A stretch of 64,000 nt of DNA from Chrysomallon squamiferum (taxonomy: Eukaryota > Animalia > Mollusca), in assembly GCA_012295275.1 (NCBI GenBank), contig CM022677.1, positions 22,444,001-22,508,000 of the forward strand, written 5' to 3'. Of this stretch, positions 14,141-28,640 are shown piece by piece. The translations under genes were made by a program, and so were the position numbers. The notes beneath the pieces are model-generated. The model did no database searches. It was not told the DNA's origin and was given only the letters and a program-made list of their open reading frames with translations. Every line of letters begins with the position of its first letter. The first letter of the stretch is position 1.

Positions 14141-14650
14141 TGTATTTATTTATTTATTTATTTATTAAGCATCCTGTGTTCTTTACTTTGTAAGGTGTTC
14201 TTTTCCCCGTTTCATTTGTAGAAATGATACAAAAAGTATGTCATTGCTAAATCCTCGTTATAATAATAATAATAATAATAATAATAGATTTGAAAACATA
14301 AATTTTAAAATTTTCTATTTCTGTTATTATCATTATCAGTAGTAGTAGTAGTAATAGTAGTAGTAGTCGCAGTAGTAATAGTAGTATTGATACTTTTTAT
14401 AAAATCTGACCTTCTGCATGTTCGAGCAATCCACTTTTGATTAGTATGTGAATTAGAACATCACATCTGTGATTCATTGTAGACTTCACACCAGTAAATA
14501 GTGAGACTTTACCTCAGTAAATATAATCTTATTTTTATTTATATATATTTTTTTTTTGATGACGATGATGATGACGGTCGTCATTATTATTATCATTATC
14601 ATCATTATTATTAATTTTATTACTATTAATACAGTTATTATTATTATTAC

Positions 14651-14684
<34 letters not shown>

Positions 14685-14691
14685 GTTACTA

Positions 14692-14722
<31 letters not shown>

Positions 14723-15771
14723 TATTACTATTATTGTTATTATTATTATTATTATTGTTATTGTTACTATTATTATTATTATTATTTTTATTATTATTAT
14801 TACGATCATCATAATCATTTGCTACTATTTCAGATATTTTATGAACCATAAAACGAACGTTATTAAACCAAGTATTTTCTCTGTACCCAGTGTTACATTC
14901 GATACCATCCAGTTCATTGTTAAGTTTACATAAGATTTATTTTTGTCCACGACGTATTTTATCTGTGTCAGTGACGTGGTCTTCCTCAATCAGCTGTCTG
15001 TTGTCGTTTTACAGAAGAGAGAAGTATTTGATATCAGCGTCATGCGCATTGCTTGAAGGATACGCACTCTGATTTCATTTACTATTTTTTATTATTACTA
15101 TTATTTATTTATTGCTGCTAATTACATGGAGCTCTCCACAACTGAGAAAAATGCATACAATTAACATTGTCTGACAATCTTTATTACTCTATCCAAACAC
15201 ATCGAAGGGCGAACCTGAAAAGAGTGTCAGAGGGGGCGGACGCACCCTTAACCCTTGTATGGGCCTGGAGCCTACTCTGACTGAAATCCACTAAGCGACG
15301 TAATTTTGTTAAACCATTACTTATAACAGTGAACAACTTTAATAAAATGTTGTTGTTGTTGTTTGTTTTTTTAACACTGAGAAAATTTGTCATTTTTTAA
15401 TAGTAATATTGATCTGTTTTCATTATTATTCTGACTTATGTGATAACTTCAGATTCCCAAAATGGAGAGGTTTGACAGTCAACTGAATATATTTGCTGTC
15501 GCATATTTACCTGAGTTTATTTTATAAAACGGTTTGGCTGGGTGTACGAAACGTGACTGACTAACACTAAAATATGTTTCGCCTCGACTAATAGATATAA
15601 TGTAAACTGGATACCTCACTTGAGGTCTATAAAGATAAGTTTTAAATCCGTGTGTTAGAGATCTTTGTTCATTGTTTTCTCTATTGTGCATGTTCAAGTT
15701 AGTTTGACGAAAGAGACTGATTGACAATAACCTCAGTGACAGGCACGCTACTGAGATTTGTAGAAATTACC

Positions 15772-15803
<32 letters not shown>

Positions 15804-18099
15804 TAATGTTATTTATTTAATATTCGTTTTATTTCAGATTTGTAACACTTCTTACCAATTTATCTATTGACCTGTGATGTTTGTAGACATAGCAATAATA
15901 ATAACACCAACAACAACGACAACAGCAATAAAGACAAACTGATAGATTCACGAGTGTACACAAACAGTGAGAGACATTTTTTTTATTTTTTTTAAATTTT
16001 ATAATGTAATGAATATAACAGCTAATATAATTTCGGACTGTAACAACATAAAGCTGTATAATACATAGAGGTAGAAAAAAGCATTATTATTATTGATATT
16101 GTTGTTATTATTATTATTATTATTATTAATATGTGTACGTGACTAAAAACACACGTTCCCTTTGTATTCTGCTTTTCAAGTGTACCAGTTCCTGTGACAG
16201 GCTGTGACAAATATGACAAGTTTAGTTTACTACACGATTACAAACCTTTGTCTCCATTCGTCGTGGTTATTTATAAATCTTACAAAGACATCCGCAATTT
16301 TCTGTTCAAGTTTAAAACTTTATTACTGCGGTATATATTTATTAAATAAAATTCAAATTATATGAAAAAAATATAATAAAAAAACTCCCAGTAATTTGCT
16401 ACCTAATTTGTATTAATTTTAACATATCTCTCTCTCCGGTTTTTCATTGTTTTTATTTATTGATTGATTTATTTTTTTAAATAGCTTACAAAAAACAACA
16501 TATTCCGCCACATTGGCATTTAAGCAAGGTTTATTTTTGTATGGGAAATATATTATCTTCCTGTTTCATACACACAGACGCACAACAAACACACACCTAC
16601 AGAAATGTATATACAAATACACAAACACATGCACATACACAACATATACATACACATACACATACTCAAATGATATAAACAAAACACACAGAAAGTGACA
16701 TACACACAAATACATACACATATATACAGGCATACTTACATTATAGATATAGAGATAAAAAACACACAGTTTATCGGAGACACATGCGGAGACATATAAA
16801 CATGCAGAAAAGACATACAAAGACACACGCAAATACATACAAGCAAAAACACACATACACAGGCTCCCACAAACACTCACAATCACATCCGCACACAGCT
16901 GACATGGAACTGAGCAGACATCGTCTGCTGATATTTACTTCTATTTTATCTTGCGCAATCACTAATAATGTACCAATACAACTACTATTACTACCATTAC
17001 TTGTTAAGTTATTAATACCACTAGTGCTATTAGTAGTAGTAGTAGTAGTAGTAATAATAATAATAATAATAATAATATGTCTTTTGTTTTCCTCATTTTA
17101 TTTTTTTTTTTGTTTTTGTTTTTCCTTTGTTTGTAATTAACACTAAATGATAAATTTTACAAACATTTTTTTTCTTCCTCCCTATAAAAGGGTTAGACTG
17201 GTTGTACTCTAAACGTGACTAATCAGTAAAATAAGTTTCGCATCGGTTAACAAACAAAATGGAAACCTCTCTCAAATTGTGACACTGCAGTTCAGAAACT
17301 GAGCTCAAATCGTTTCTAATAGTTAGCTAAGAGCAAACAAAAATGTATTATTATATATATATATATATATGTATATCTGTGTGTTATACTACTACTACTA
17401 TTATTTATACTACTACTACTAGTTCAATTATTACTACTACTACTAATAATAATAATAAATCTGTTAAATTGTTTTTCTTATTGTATTTTATTTCAGTTTT
17501 TGTAATTAACACGTATGATACATTTTACAATTTTAGTTTTTTTTTCCCCTTTACTTTGCTGTTTCGTATTGATTTTTTACCTGACTTAATTTTCATAAGA
17601 CTGGTTGAACTCTAAACGTGACCAACCAGTGAAATATGTTTCGCCTCAGTAAACAAATAGGAACGTAAACGTCTTTTGAAATGATAACACTGATTTTCAA
17701 ACACTGACATGCAATCATTTCTAATATTTGGCCAAAAGCAAATTTCAAATTAGTTTATCCATTCATAGAGATGTAAAAGCTACAAAAAATAAATAAATAA
17801 GTAAATAAAATAAAATAAGTAAATAAGTAAAAAAATTAAATGATAAAAGTCGAAGAAGAAAATTTGTGTATCTCAGTAAAATGTATCATGTTTTTCTGAT
17901 CTTCTGCCAACGAGTTGTTGTGTCTATTATTACTTGTGTGACAGACTATGACAAACATTTTTAACTTTAATTAAACTGATCAGATTATACTCAGTCAGTT
18001 ACAGTTATCATTGCTCTTTACTTTACTAAAAGAACATGAATATTTTAAGATTTTTTTTTCGACAAAAAAAAAGGACAATTTGTAAAAAAAAAAAATGAA

Positions 18100-18240
18100 G
18101 GTTTGCACCCCTTGTTCATTTTTCAGTTGGAATCGTCCTTTCACTGAGTGTCGTCTCTCAAAACTGGCTTCTCCGCACGAACAACGATAGTCACACATCG
18201 GGATTGCAAACGATACATTTTTCCTTAAGAGAAAGGAAAG
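18100..18240 (+). promoter_or_regulatory. Degenerate TRIM-associated non-coding exon/promoter cassette (donor mutated to AAG|GAAAGT)
   Basis: cacccctt..ttcagttgg..actgagtgtcgtct..ttctccgcac.aacaac..atcgggattgca matches the cassette at 22966-23131. Confidence 0.6.
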
Positions 18241-18282
18241 TTGTTATTATTGCTATTGTTGTTGTTGTTGTTGTTGCTGTTC

Positions 18283-18350
<68 letters not shown>

Positions 18351-18358
18351 TTCCCGAC

Positions 18359-20130
18359 ATGGGAACAGCTTCAAGTTGTGAAAGCCAAATATCTTGTTCC
18401 CTTTGCTTGGATGTTTTCAAGAAACCACGTTGTCTTTCCTGCGGACATTCCTTCTGTAATGAAATGCCTGAAGGAATATATATAAACAAAAAATACAGTT
18501 ACACAGACACACACATCAGCTGCTATTGTTTAGATACAGAAGAAATTATTTGACTAATAATATTTATGTCGTGTATTGAAACATCGTAGCAGGCTCATAA
18601 AGAAATACAGAACATTTTTTTAGGTAAAAGCTTTAGTGTACTCTCTTTTAATTTACTTTTTTTTATGAATACCAGTAATACTAGTTCTACTTTTATCATT
18701 ATTATTATTATTATTAGTAGTAGTATTATTATTATTATTAATTGATTTTCTATCACATTTCAACTGGAAAGGGAGGTCACATTTCACATCTCTGAGTTCT
18801 ATTACTGAAAGTCTGAAAAAGTTTAGAGAAATTCTTCAGTCAGAGATAGACAAGATTGAAAACTTGACAAGACATCGACAAGACATCGACATCAAAGTCG
18901 TGGACACTACAGAAGAGGTCAGAAGGATTTGTAACACACTAATCACAGATTTTACTGCCGCAGTCCACAAAGAACAAGACAGGTTAATAAGAGAAATCGA
19001 AAAATCTCAAAAAACTTTTAACACAGAAATACAAACAGATTTTTTCTGAACATAAACATCTGATTGAAGAAAACGAAAGAATGATCAAACTTGGTGAAGA
19101 TTTGGTACGAAATAAGTCAGAATCTGATATTAAAATAAATATTTCAAAATTCACCACATTTCAAAATACAACTTCCGAGTTTCTGGACAAATCTCTTTCA
19201 AAAGTTGATAAAGTCGACTTTAAGATAGATCTGAGAAAATGTGATAAAAAGAATGGCATATCTGGCCACATTGGAGAAATTGCTACAAACATTGAAACAA
19301 ACACACAGATAGACAGACTGAGAGACACACTCAAACACACATACACCATTTATGCAACAACACAAGAAGATGAACGTGATCCTTTACTGGAGTCAATCCT
19401 GGTGTCAGACGAGAACAACAGTAAAGTTGTTGCAAGTGATTCTTCCAATGGCTGTGTTAAATGTTTGTGTTTGAAATGTAAATCAGTAATAAACAAACAT
19501 GTATCTTCCGGGGCACCATACGGTCTTGCTGAATCACGTGCTCAGCAGAGCGATGTTGTTCTTCTTGTTGCTATGCCACACGAAAATGAAATAGTATTCC
19601 TGAATTTGGAAAACTTCAAAATGATCAAATCAATTAAAACAGATAAAAGGTATTACTATATCGATGCGTTACCCGGCAACTGTCTCGCGGTAACTGGGTG
19701 GAAAGCTCAGTACTTGGACATACTAACAGACAGTGGTCAGCTATTTAATTCTATCTCAACATATTTGATCCCGAAACCGTCGTTTCTCACAGTTCACGAT
19801 CAATGTCTGATTGTTGTGTCAGAGAGAGACAATGTATACAGTTTATTTTGTGTGACGTCATCGGGTGACGTCAAATGGGAGTCACGTGATTCAGAAAGAC
19901 TGAAAGACATGACAGATATTAAATGTGACATCCAAGGGAGTATTTTTGTTTGTGATATGAAAAGAAATTGTGTTCTTCAGTTCTCAGGGGATGGACAATT
20001 TGTACGTGACATTCTCACTCACCAGGATGGATTGTCTACACCTTGGTCTGTCTACTGCCATGGTAAGAAACTGTATGTGGGAAAGTTGAACGGACAAATA
20101 AAAGTAAACTTCAAACTGTCTGCTAAGTGA
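18359..20130 (+). pseudogene. TRIM-like RING/coiled-coil/NHL gene copy A, pseudogene (NHL-containing ORF 19081-20130 still open)
   Basis: MGTASSCESQISCSLCLDVFKKPRCLSCGHSFC is a TRIM RING start, followed by a +1 frameshift and truncation. Both splice acceptors are lost relative to copy B (ttttcccgacATG vs ttttcagagacATG; tttcaactgg vs ttttagctga). There is a frameshift in a T-run near 19045. The C-terminal repeats are NHL-like (GSIFVCDMKRNCVLQFSGDGQFVRDILTHQDGLSTPWSV). Confidence 0.85.
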
Positions 20131-20999
20131 GTTTCACTTTAACTGTTTATACGTCATATTTTCGTTATATTTATATTACGTAATATCTCTCTCTCTCTCT
20201 CTCAATATTCGATTATTTTTTAAACAGTCTATTTCAAAGAATATGATACGACATTCTTTATATACTTGTATATACTTCAATGTAATCCAAAAGAAGAAAG
20301 AAACCCAGTAAAATATTTATATTGTATTACATATCAATATTAAACAATAAAATAATGTATTTCTATTTTATCACGCAGACCTGTGATGTTGGCAGTGCTA
20401 AAATTAAATACTGTGACGTCACTCGTAACAGAAATGTGAATAGTGTGAATCATATCCAGATACACATACATACATACGTACACACAGATACGTAGATACA
20501 TATATGCATTCATACATACATACATACAGACTCGCTGACATTGGTAAAATAATATAACAATTACATATCTTTGTTACAATAAAGATTAATAAATAATTTA
20601 TTGCTACTTTAAAAAAAAATTATATCAAGGTTTGCGTGTAAAAAAAAAAGTTTAAAAACACTTTCACTTGAACAATTTTGTTCATGAAAATAACTCCACT
20701 CTTCCGTTCTACTGCACTGAAACTGTGTTTGAACTACGATAATAAAAACAACAAATTAACAAGAAAAGACATCTGTTTAATGATCATTGATATTTTAAAA
20801 ACTTTATTATTGTTATTTCATATTAACCACTGCACTCTTCTAATAAACGCTATTGAATATAAATATATAATTTTTCTGAATAAAATTAATTAAATGTATC
20901 CATTGTTATGTCTTACCTAATTAGATTTGTACTACATATATATATATATATATATACATATTCACTGTTAAATAAAATACGTCATATTTTCGTAGTAGC

Positions 21000-21042
<43 letters not shown>

Positions 21043-22421
21043 TTGTCTGAAACACTATATAAACTTTTCTGTTCACAAATATGAAGAATGTGTTTTGCCA
21101 TTAATACGTACAAATAACAACAAATAATATCTGATATTTCAAAAACATGATCCTCGTTTTCTTTGTACCAGTGTTACATTCGATATGCATTCCAGTGTTA
21201 CATTCCACTTCGTTGTCGTTTTACAGAAGAGAGAAATATTTGATACCAGTGTCAGGTCACAGGCACGTTCACATACGGGTCTGTCTTGACCCACATTTTT
21301 TTAAACACATTTCCACTGAGCATTTGATGAAAATCAAATACACACAGATAAAATTGTCAGCCACTTTGTACTACTTTCTTCTCATTCATCGACGGATGGA
21401 CGTAGGAAGACTGTGAGGTTGTGGGTAAGCTCCACTCCCAACCTCCCCTGCGTACAGGCCTAGGTCCTTTCTCTCACTGAAATACTTAAGTCGAGGCACT
21501 TTTGATATAACAAAATGTACGAATTGAAATATTTAATATTAGATACTCTGAAACGTTTTCTTTTTTTCTTTTTTTTTCACTGCAGATATTTTTCACATAT
21601 TGATCTGTTTATTATATTATTCTGTATTGCGAAACAATTTCAAATTCTGAAAAGAGGAGAACGGGCAGCTAACTTAACATACACACACATACATACACAC
21701 AATTATTATTATTAGTAGTATTAGTATTAGTATTAGTATTAGTATTAGTATTCCTGTGTGAAAGATTGTAAAAATGTTCAGTTCACAAAATATCAAGGAT
21801 GTTGTTTGATATAAAATGTACAATCAACAACAAATAATAACTGATATTTCAAAAACGTGATTATCATTTTATATTGAATTTACGATACTCTTTAAAAATA
21901 CCAGATGTCTTCAAAACGTGAATAGATGTGAAACTGGAAACCTTACTGGAAATCTTAGATTCGAGTTTTAAGTCCAGGTGTTAGAGATCATGTTTCTTCT
22001 TTTGGTCATCTTCTTCTTAAGAATTAACAGTTTCAGTAATTCAATAAATCACAATAGAATGAAAGTTTTATATTGAATGCCTTTCGTAAATAAGTTACAT
22101 GTTTTCTTCTTCTTCTTCTTTTTTCCTGAGAGTGAAATTACGAAAAGTTGATTTTTAAAAATATTTTGAAACTAAAAACCAACTTTATAACAAACAGATT
22201 TTTTTTTTTTTTTTAAAGTTTTAACAAGAACTGAAATTTAATTATCAAACAAATAGTATGACTTAATAACATGAAGGACATTTTATACTTCAGTATTATT
22301 GTAAAAGTTATCACAAAAACAGAAACATATAGCGGAATGACGTCACATAACTTCAAGATTTCAAAACGAAACTGATGACTTATTTCTTACAAACCTGTAA
22401 AGTGTGTGTGTGTGTGTGTGC

Positions 22422-22503
<82 letters not shown>

Positions 22504-22965
22504 TGTCTCACTAAATTGTTAAATGTTCTGTGTTACACCAGTAAATGAGCAGTGATAACAAGTAATGTAAAATTATATATAAATGCAGTCAAATAACTAA
22601 ATGAGTGCAAACAACGAAAGAGAACGTTAACAACGAGTAAGTAAATAAAACGTAGTCTGATTATTATTGTATATTGAATTGACGTTAGCTTCAAAAATAG
22701 ACACCGTTCTCAAAACGTGACTTGATGTGAAACTGGTTATCTCACTGGATATATATTATTTTTGTTCTGTCCTTCTTCAAACCAGCTGTTGAGTCTATCA
22801 TTATTAGATGTGTGACATACAGTGAGAAACATTTTTTAAACTTTAACTAAGCTGCAGAAGTTTTATCGCGTTAGATGTCATTTTGCTTCCTGTTTATTTT
22901 AATATAGAACATATTAATCGTTCAGGATTTCTTCTGAAAAGAAAGAAATGTGTTATAGATGACTT

Positions 22966-23131
22966 GTAAGCTTACACCCCTTCTTTGTTTCAGTTGGTAT
23001 ATTCCTGTTACTGAGTGTCGTCTGTCCAAACCGGATTCTCCGCACAAACAACTTCAACATAAATCGAGATTGCAGACGAATACAGAAGAAAAGATTTCCA
23101 GGTGTTAAATTTTCCCTTTCCTAACAAAAAG
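22966..23131 (+). promoter_or_regulatory. Putative non-coding 5' exon/promoter cassette of TRIM copy B
   Basis: A conserved ~165-bp unit ending in AAG|GTAAGA. It lies upstream of the acceptor that directly precedes the RING ATG. Confidence 0.6.
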
Positions 23132-23139
23132 GTAAGACA

Positions 23140-23209
<70 letters not shown>

Positions 23210-23560
23210 ATTATTGTTTAAGATATTTTTTTTACGCACTGGTTAAAGTGGACAGGTGTGGCTCAGAGGTTAGGTGAAAGAAGTTTCTGACTATGGGCTA
23301 TAGCGTTTTTCTTTCCTAAAATAAAATTCGCGATTATTTGGTTATTGAGAAAAGGTACCCATTCAATGTCGTCATTTTGTTTTGTTTTTCAATTTATTTT
23401 TTTCAATTTTTTAATTTATTTAACTAATAATATTTATGTCCTGTATTAAACATTGTAGCAAGATCATAAAGAAATAGAAAAAAATTATCTATAACGTTTT
23501 TCTACTTCGTTTTTAGTTCTGTCATATATTATTAATTATAGAATTACTAGTTTTACTTTT

Positions 23561-23595
<35 letters not shown>

Positions 23596-24271
23596 CATTA
23601 TTATTAGTAGTATTATTATTAATGTCATTTTTGTTGTTCTATTCTGTTGTTTTTTCTTTCTCTTCTTCTTCTTTTTCTTGTTCGTCTTATTTATTATTGT
23701 AAGATTTTTCAAAAATCGAATAAGCTTGTTTAGGTTGTTTTCCTAACTGAATTTCTGTATATAAATCCATGTTTGTTTTTCACACTGATTAGACGGGTAG
23801 GCTGTGACTCAGTGATTACACAAAGCTGTGTCACCGTTGTGTTATACGTTTTGTCCTTCTCAATGTCACTTTACTGTAAGAACCAGATTTCTTACAATAC
23901 TTTATCAAACGACGTGATATGAGGTTACGAAGAACACCTTTTTACGTAAAAGCATGTATTGTATTCTATTGTCTCAACTGCCTTACAATATAATATTACT
24001 ATATGAATTGCGTTCGACCTAAATCAAATATTTTGACTTTATCGTTCAATAGCAATGTCATTCTTTTTTTCTTTTTTTTTAGACTCTTTTGAAACTTGAT
24101 TCATAATTGTTATATTTAATACATGCACTTCTATGAATCCTGATTTCTTTTATTGAACAATTCCGAGTTAATCTGATCAAGAGTTTCCAAATACAATGAT
24201 TTTGTTTGCTTAGTACCGAACAAACAGGTGTGCGAAATTGTCTTGCAGCACTGACAACATGTTATATTTTA

Positions 24272-24347
<76 letters not shown>

Positions 24348-25330
24348 TTCGTGACTAAAAGCACACGTTCATTGTGTGTACTGTTTGATATTGGTACGGT
24401 TTATTTATATATCTGTTATCAAGACACGATAGCCACCAGTTCATTGTTCAAGTTTGAACAAGATTTATTTTTGGAGGGGAATGTATTAGTTGTATCTGTT
24501 CGTCTGCTAGCAGTGTTCTACGTATACAAGCTTTATAACATTTCATCAGATTTATTTTACCATAAGAATGTAAATTTTTCACGATTTTTATTCTCGAGAA
24601 GAGAGATAATTTATGTCTGATTTTGTAGGTAAAAACTATTTTATTTTATAATAGGTGTGTGTGTTTCTTGTTATTATTATTATGTTTTATTGTTATTATT
24701 GTTGTTAGTAGTAGTAGTATTAATATTATTTATTTATTTATTTTGTTTTTTTAATCAATCTGTCTATTCTTATATCTGTTGAAACTGCCTTTAATTTCTA
24801 TGTCCATTTAACCTCTGAGCACGTTACAATAGAATTGCCTTTTTCGATCTCAGATCTAAAGTCTTCACTTCGGAATGTTGTTATTTATTTTACTTAAATA
24901 AATAAACTAACAAGTAACGAAGTAAACAAATAAATAAACAAATAAACAAACAGACAAACACAAACAAATAATTCATCTAGTAGATTCATTAGTGTACAGT
25001 TTCTTCAATTTACTTATCTAATCAACCATTCACTTTCTTCCGTTAACGATTATTTCAGTTACCTGAGGTCCAGTTCGTGCCTTATTTTAACATCCAGTTG
25101 TATTGCAAGAGTTTAAATTTATGCTTTGTTCTTTATTTACTCTTAATATTTAATTTTGGTTTTAAATCTATTTTCCTACCTCTACATTTTTTTTTTTCTC
25201 TCTCTCTCTCTCTCTCTCTCTGTTCTTCTTTTTCTCCGTTACTTTCATTGTTATTATTGTTATTGTTATCGTTTTCATTAATATTATTCCTGTTGTTGCT
25301 GTTCTTTTTGTTGTTATTTATTTTTGTTTC

Positions 25331-25399
<69 letters not shown>

Positions 25400-25607
25400 A
25401 TATCTCTCTATCTATCTATCTATCTATCTATATGTATGTATGTATATCTATCTAGCTCTCTATCGACCTATCTATGTATCTATCTATCTATTTTAAATTA
25501 ATTTAATTGATTTAATTTTTTTTTTGTTATTATTATTATTTTTATTAATTTTTATTTTTATTTTTTTATTTTTTATTTTTTATTTTTTTATTATTATTTT
25601 CAGAGAC

Positions 25608-27435
25608 ATGGCAACAGCTTCCAGTTTCGAAGAACAAATGTCTTGTTACCTTTGTCAGGATGTTTTCAGGATGCCGCGGAGTCTGTCTTGCGGTCATTCC
25701 TTCTGTACGAAATGCCTGCACGAATATATAAACAAACACTACAAAAACAAAGATATACAAATCGCATGCCCGTTCTGCAATCTAGACATTGAAATACCAG
25801 ACAACAGAAAACCACTGGGAACATGGGCTGATCAATTCCCTAGAAATGAATCATTAGTCATAGCCACCGACAAAATGGAAGACGCAAAGTCTTGTGAGTG
25901 AGCAATGTTCTGTTTATAAACAATGATTATTTACGTAATAATATTTTTGCCGTGTATTAACTATGGTGAAAGAAATGCTATGTTTAAAGTTTATCTAATT
26001 GTTCTTTTTCTTCTCTTTTTTTTTAGCTGACAATGGACGTGAAATTTCACTGCTTAATTAACTTTCTGACAGTCTCAAACGTTTTAGAACAATCCTTAAG
26101 ACTGAGATGAATAACCAGCTTGAACAACTTCGCCGAGACGTCGTTGTCAACGTCATGGAAACTACGGAAGAGGTGAGAAAGGCTGGTAACACACGAATCA
26201 TGGGTTTTACAGTCGAAGTCTCCAAAGAAGAAGAGAGGCTGATGAGAAAAATAAAAAAATTTCGGGACATTGTAAACACCGAAATAGAAAAAAGGTTTAC
26301 TGATGATAAACATCTGATTGAGGAAATCGAGAAAATGATCAAACTAAGTGAAAAATTGTTGAAAAGTCGATCAGAATCTGATATAAAACGTAATATTCCA
26401 AACTTCACCAAACTTCATAAAACAACATGCGAGTTTCTAGTCAAACCTCTTTCAGAATTTAAGTTTAAAATAAGTTTCATAAAATCGAATAAAATGAACA
26501 AAATACCTGTCCACACTGGGGAAATTACCGTAAGCATCCAAACGGACCCTAATGTCGAGAAAATGACCTACCCACTCAATCACAGAGACACCATTACCAC
26601 AAAAACTCAACAAATAGACAGACTGAAAGACACACTCAAACACACTGATACGATTAACACGAAAACACAAGAAGATACAAGAACACCTTTAGTTCAGTCA
26701 GTTCTGGTTTTAAGCGAGGACAACACTAAAATCGTGGTTAGTGATCATAGCAATAAATGTATAAAATGTTTGTGTTTAAAAAGAAAATCAGTAATAAAAA
26801 AACATGTAACTTCATCTCCACCATGGGGTCTTGCTGAATCATATGATCATCAGGCTGTCGTTGTTGTTCAGTCTGGTGAAAAAAAATTACTGTTTTTAGA
26901 TTGGAAAGACTTTCAACTGATCAAAACCGTTTCAACTAACAAAGAGTATTTCTATATCGCTGTGTTACCCAGAAACCGTCTAGCGGTCACTGGGGGAAAG
27001 GGTCAGTACTTGGACATACTGACAGACAGTGGTGAGCTCATTAATTCTATCTCTGGAGATTTGATCTACGGACCGTGGTTTCTCACAGAACACGATCAAA
27101 GTCTGATTGTTGTTTCAGAGTTCAAAAACAGTCTAGTTTGTGTGACGTCATCAGGTGACGTCAATTGGATACCATACGAATCAGACAACCTTGAAGGCGA
27201 GTTTAGAGGTATTGCATGTGACCGGGATGGTGATATTTTTGTTTGTGATATTGACAATCATCGTGTTGTTCAACTGTCACAAAAAGGAAAATTTATACGT
27301 CATATCCTCACTAGGCAGGATGGTTTGTCCGCACCTTGGACTATCTGTTGTCATGTAAATATGTTGTGCGTGGCACAGTACAGTGGAGAAATAAAAATAT
27401 TTTCTAAGGTTCTACCTGAGCGAGTACATTTGTAA
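25608..27435 (+). CDS. TRIM-like RING/coiled-coil/NHL gene copy B (exons 25608-25893, 26027-27435) with in-frame TAA at 26059-26061; possible young pseudogene or null allele
   Basis: The C3HC4 RING is intact (CYLC..CGHSFC..C..CPFC) and is followed by a W-ADQFPRN linker. The phase-1 intron is 133 bp. A coiled coil and NHL beta-propeller lie in ORF 26107-27435. No B-box is visible. Confidence 0.8.
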
Positions 27436-27557
27436 TTGTTTGGGTGTTCACAACACATAATAACCTGAACTTTGTTTTTGTTTTTCTATTTTTTTTTTTT
27501 ATCTATCAGTATTCTTGCTTTGGAGTGATTGTTTCAACGAAGTTTTCGAGTACCTTG

Positions 27558-27670
27558 GTCCGCACCTTGGTCTATCTGTTGTCATGAAAATAAGTTCTAC
27601 GTGGCAGAGTACAGTGGAGAAATACAAATATTCACATGGCGTAAAAAGTAAACTTCAAACTGTCTGCTGG
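27558..27670 (+). pseudogene. Remnant 3' end of another TRIM-NHL paralog (SAPWSICCHENKFYVAEYSGEIQIFTWRKK*)
   Basis: It aligns to the last NHL blade of copies B and C. Its 3' flank (aagtaaacttcaaactgtctgct) matches the end of copy A. Confidence 0.85.
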
Positions 27671-27849
27671 GTTAGATATATATTACATGTTTTGGAGTTA
27701 AATTATCAGACGTGTCTTTCTTTACAAATATTAATAAAAACATTTCTCCACGTTAATATAAACGGTGTTGTAGGTTTATACACACGCTAACGGGTACCGG
27801 TTGGAAGACAAATATTTCACGTTTGAAGTAACAGTAAATACACCTATTC

Positions 27850-28640
27850 TGAGAATCCGGGGTTTTCAGTGACGTCCGCAAGAATGTAAAGTACATAAAG
27901 GAAAACTCGGAATCTGCGACAAGCAGATCTGTGCGGCCCGCCATTTCCCTTTAACGAAAACGAAGACCGAGGGACAGAACCTTGAAACTTTGGGCTAGCT
28001 TTGATAAGCTTCTGACAAGATACTTATCTCCCTTGTTTGTTTTCTTTTGGTATCGACCTTGTGGAGTGTATTAGTAATGACTACTCGTTTTCATGTGTTA
28101 TTTATATAGTCAGTGTATTATACCATCACGATGGATGTGAATGTGTGTATTGCAGACATATAGAGGAGAAATTTACAGAAGTTAAAATGTTGTCTTCTCG
28201 GTTTCAACATATCCTTTCTTGTCTCATACTGCTGTGTGTGTGTATGTGTGCTGTGTATGTGTGTGTTTGTGTGTGTGTGTTTGTGTGTGTATGTGTATAT
28301 GTGTGTATGTGTGTGTTTGTGTGCTGTGTGTTTCTATGTGTGTGAATGTGTGTGGGTGCTATGTGTGTGTATGTGTTTGTATGTGTGTCTGTGTGTGTAT
28401 GTGTGTTTGTGTTGATGATGATGATAATAATAATAATAATAGTAACGATAACACTAATAATGGTATAAGTAATAATAATAAACCCATACGTACATTAACA
28501 GGTAAGCGTTTCTCATTTAAATACGTAATATTTCTTTAAACAAAAAGAGTAGATTTTATAAATTTTGGATTGTGAGAAAAGTTATAAAAGACGGCGACTG
28601 CACTACTTAGACAAGACATTTTTTTTTCTTTGTGTTTTTC
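27850..28640. repeat. Duplicated block downstream of TRIM B (pairs with ~37486-38520) with a GC-rich core at 27850-28035
   Basis: tccggggttttca..gaaaactcggaatct.cgacaagcagatctg.gcggcccgccatttcccttta..gaaccttgaaactttgggctagctttg is present in both. Confidence 0.8.

Noticed and set aside
14486-14933. Poly-Ile, poly-Asn, poly-Leu, poly-Tyr and ER/SL ORFs here and throughout the window
   Set aside because: They are translations of (ATT)n, (GA)n, (CTAT)n and (TAG)n microsatellites.
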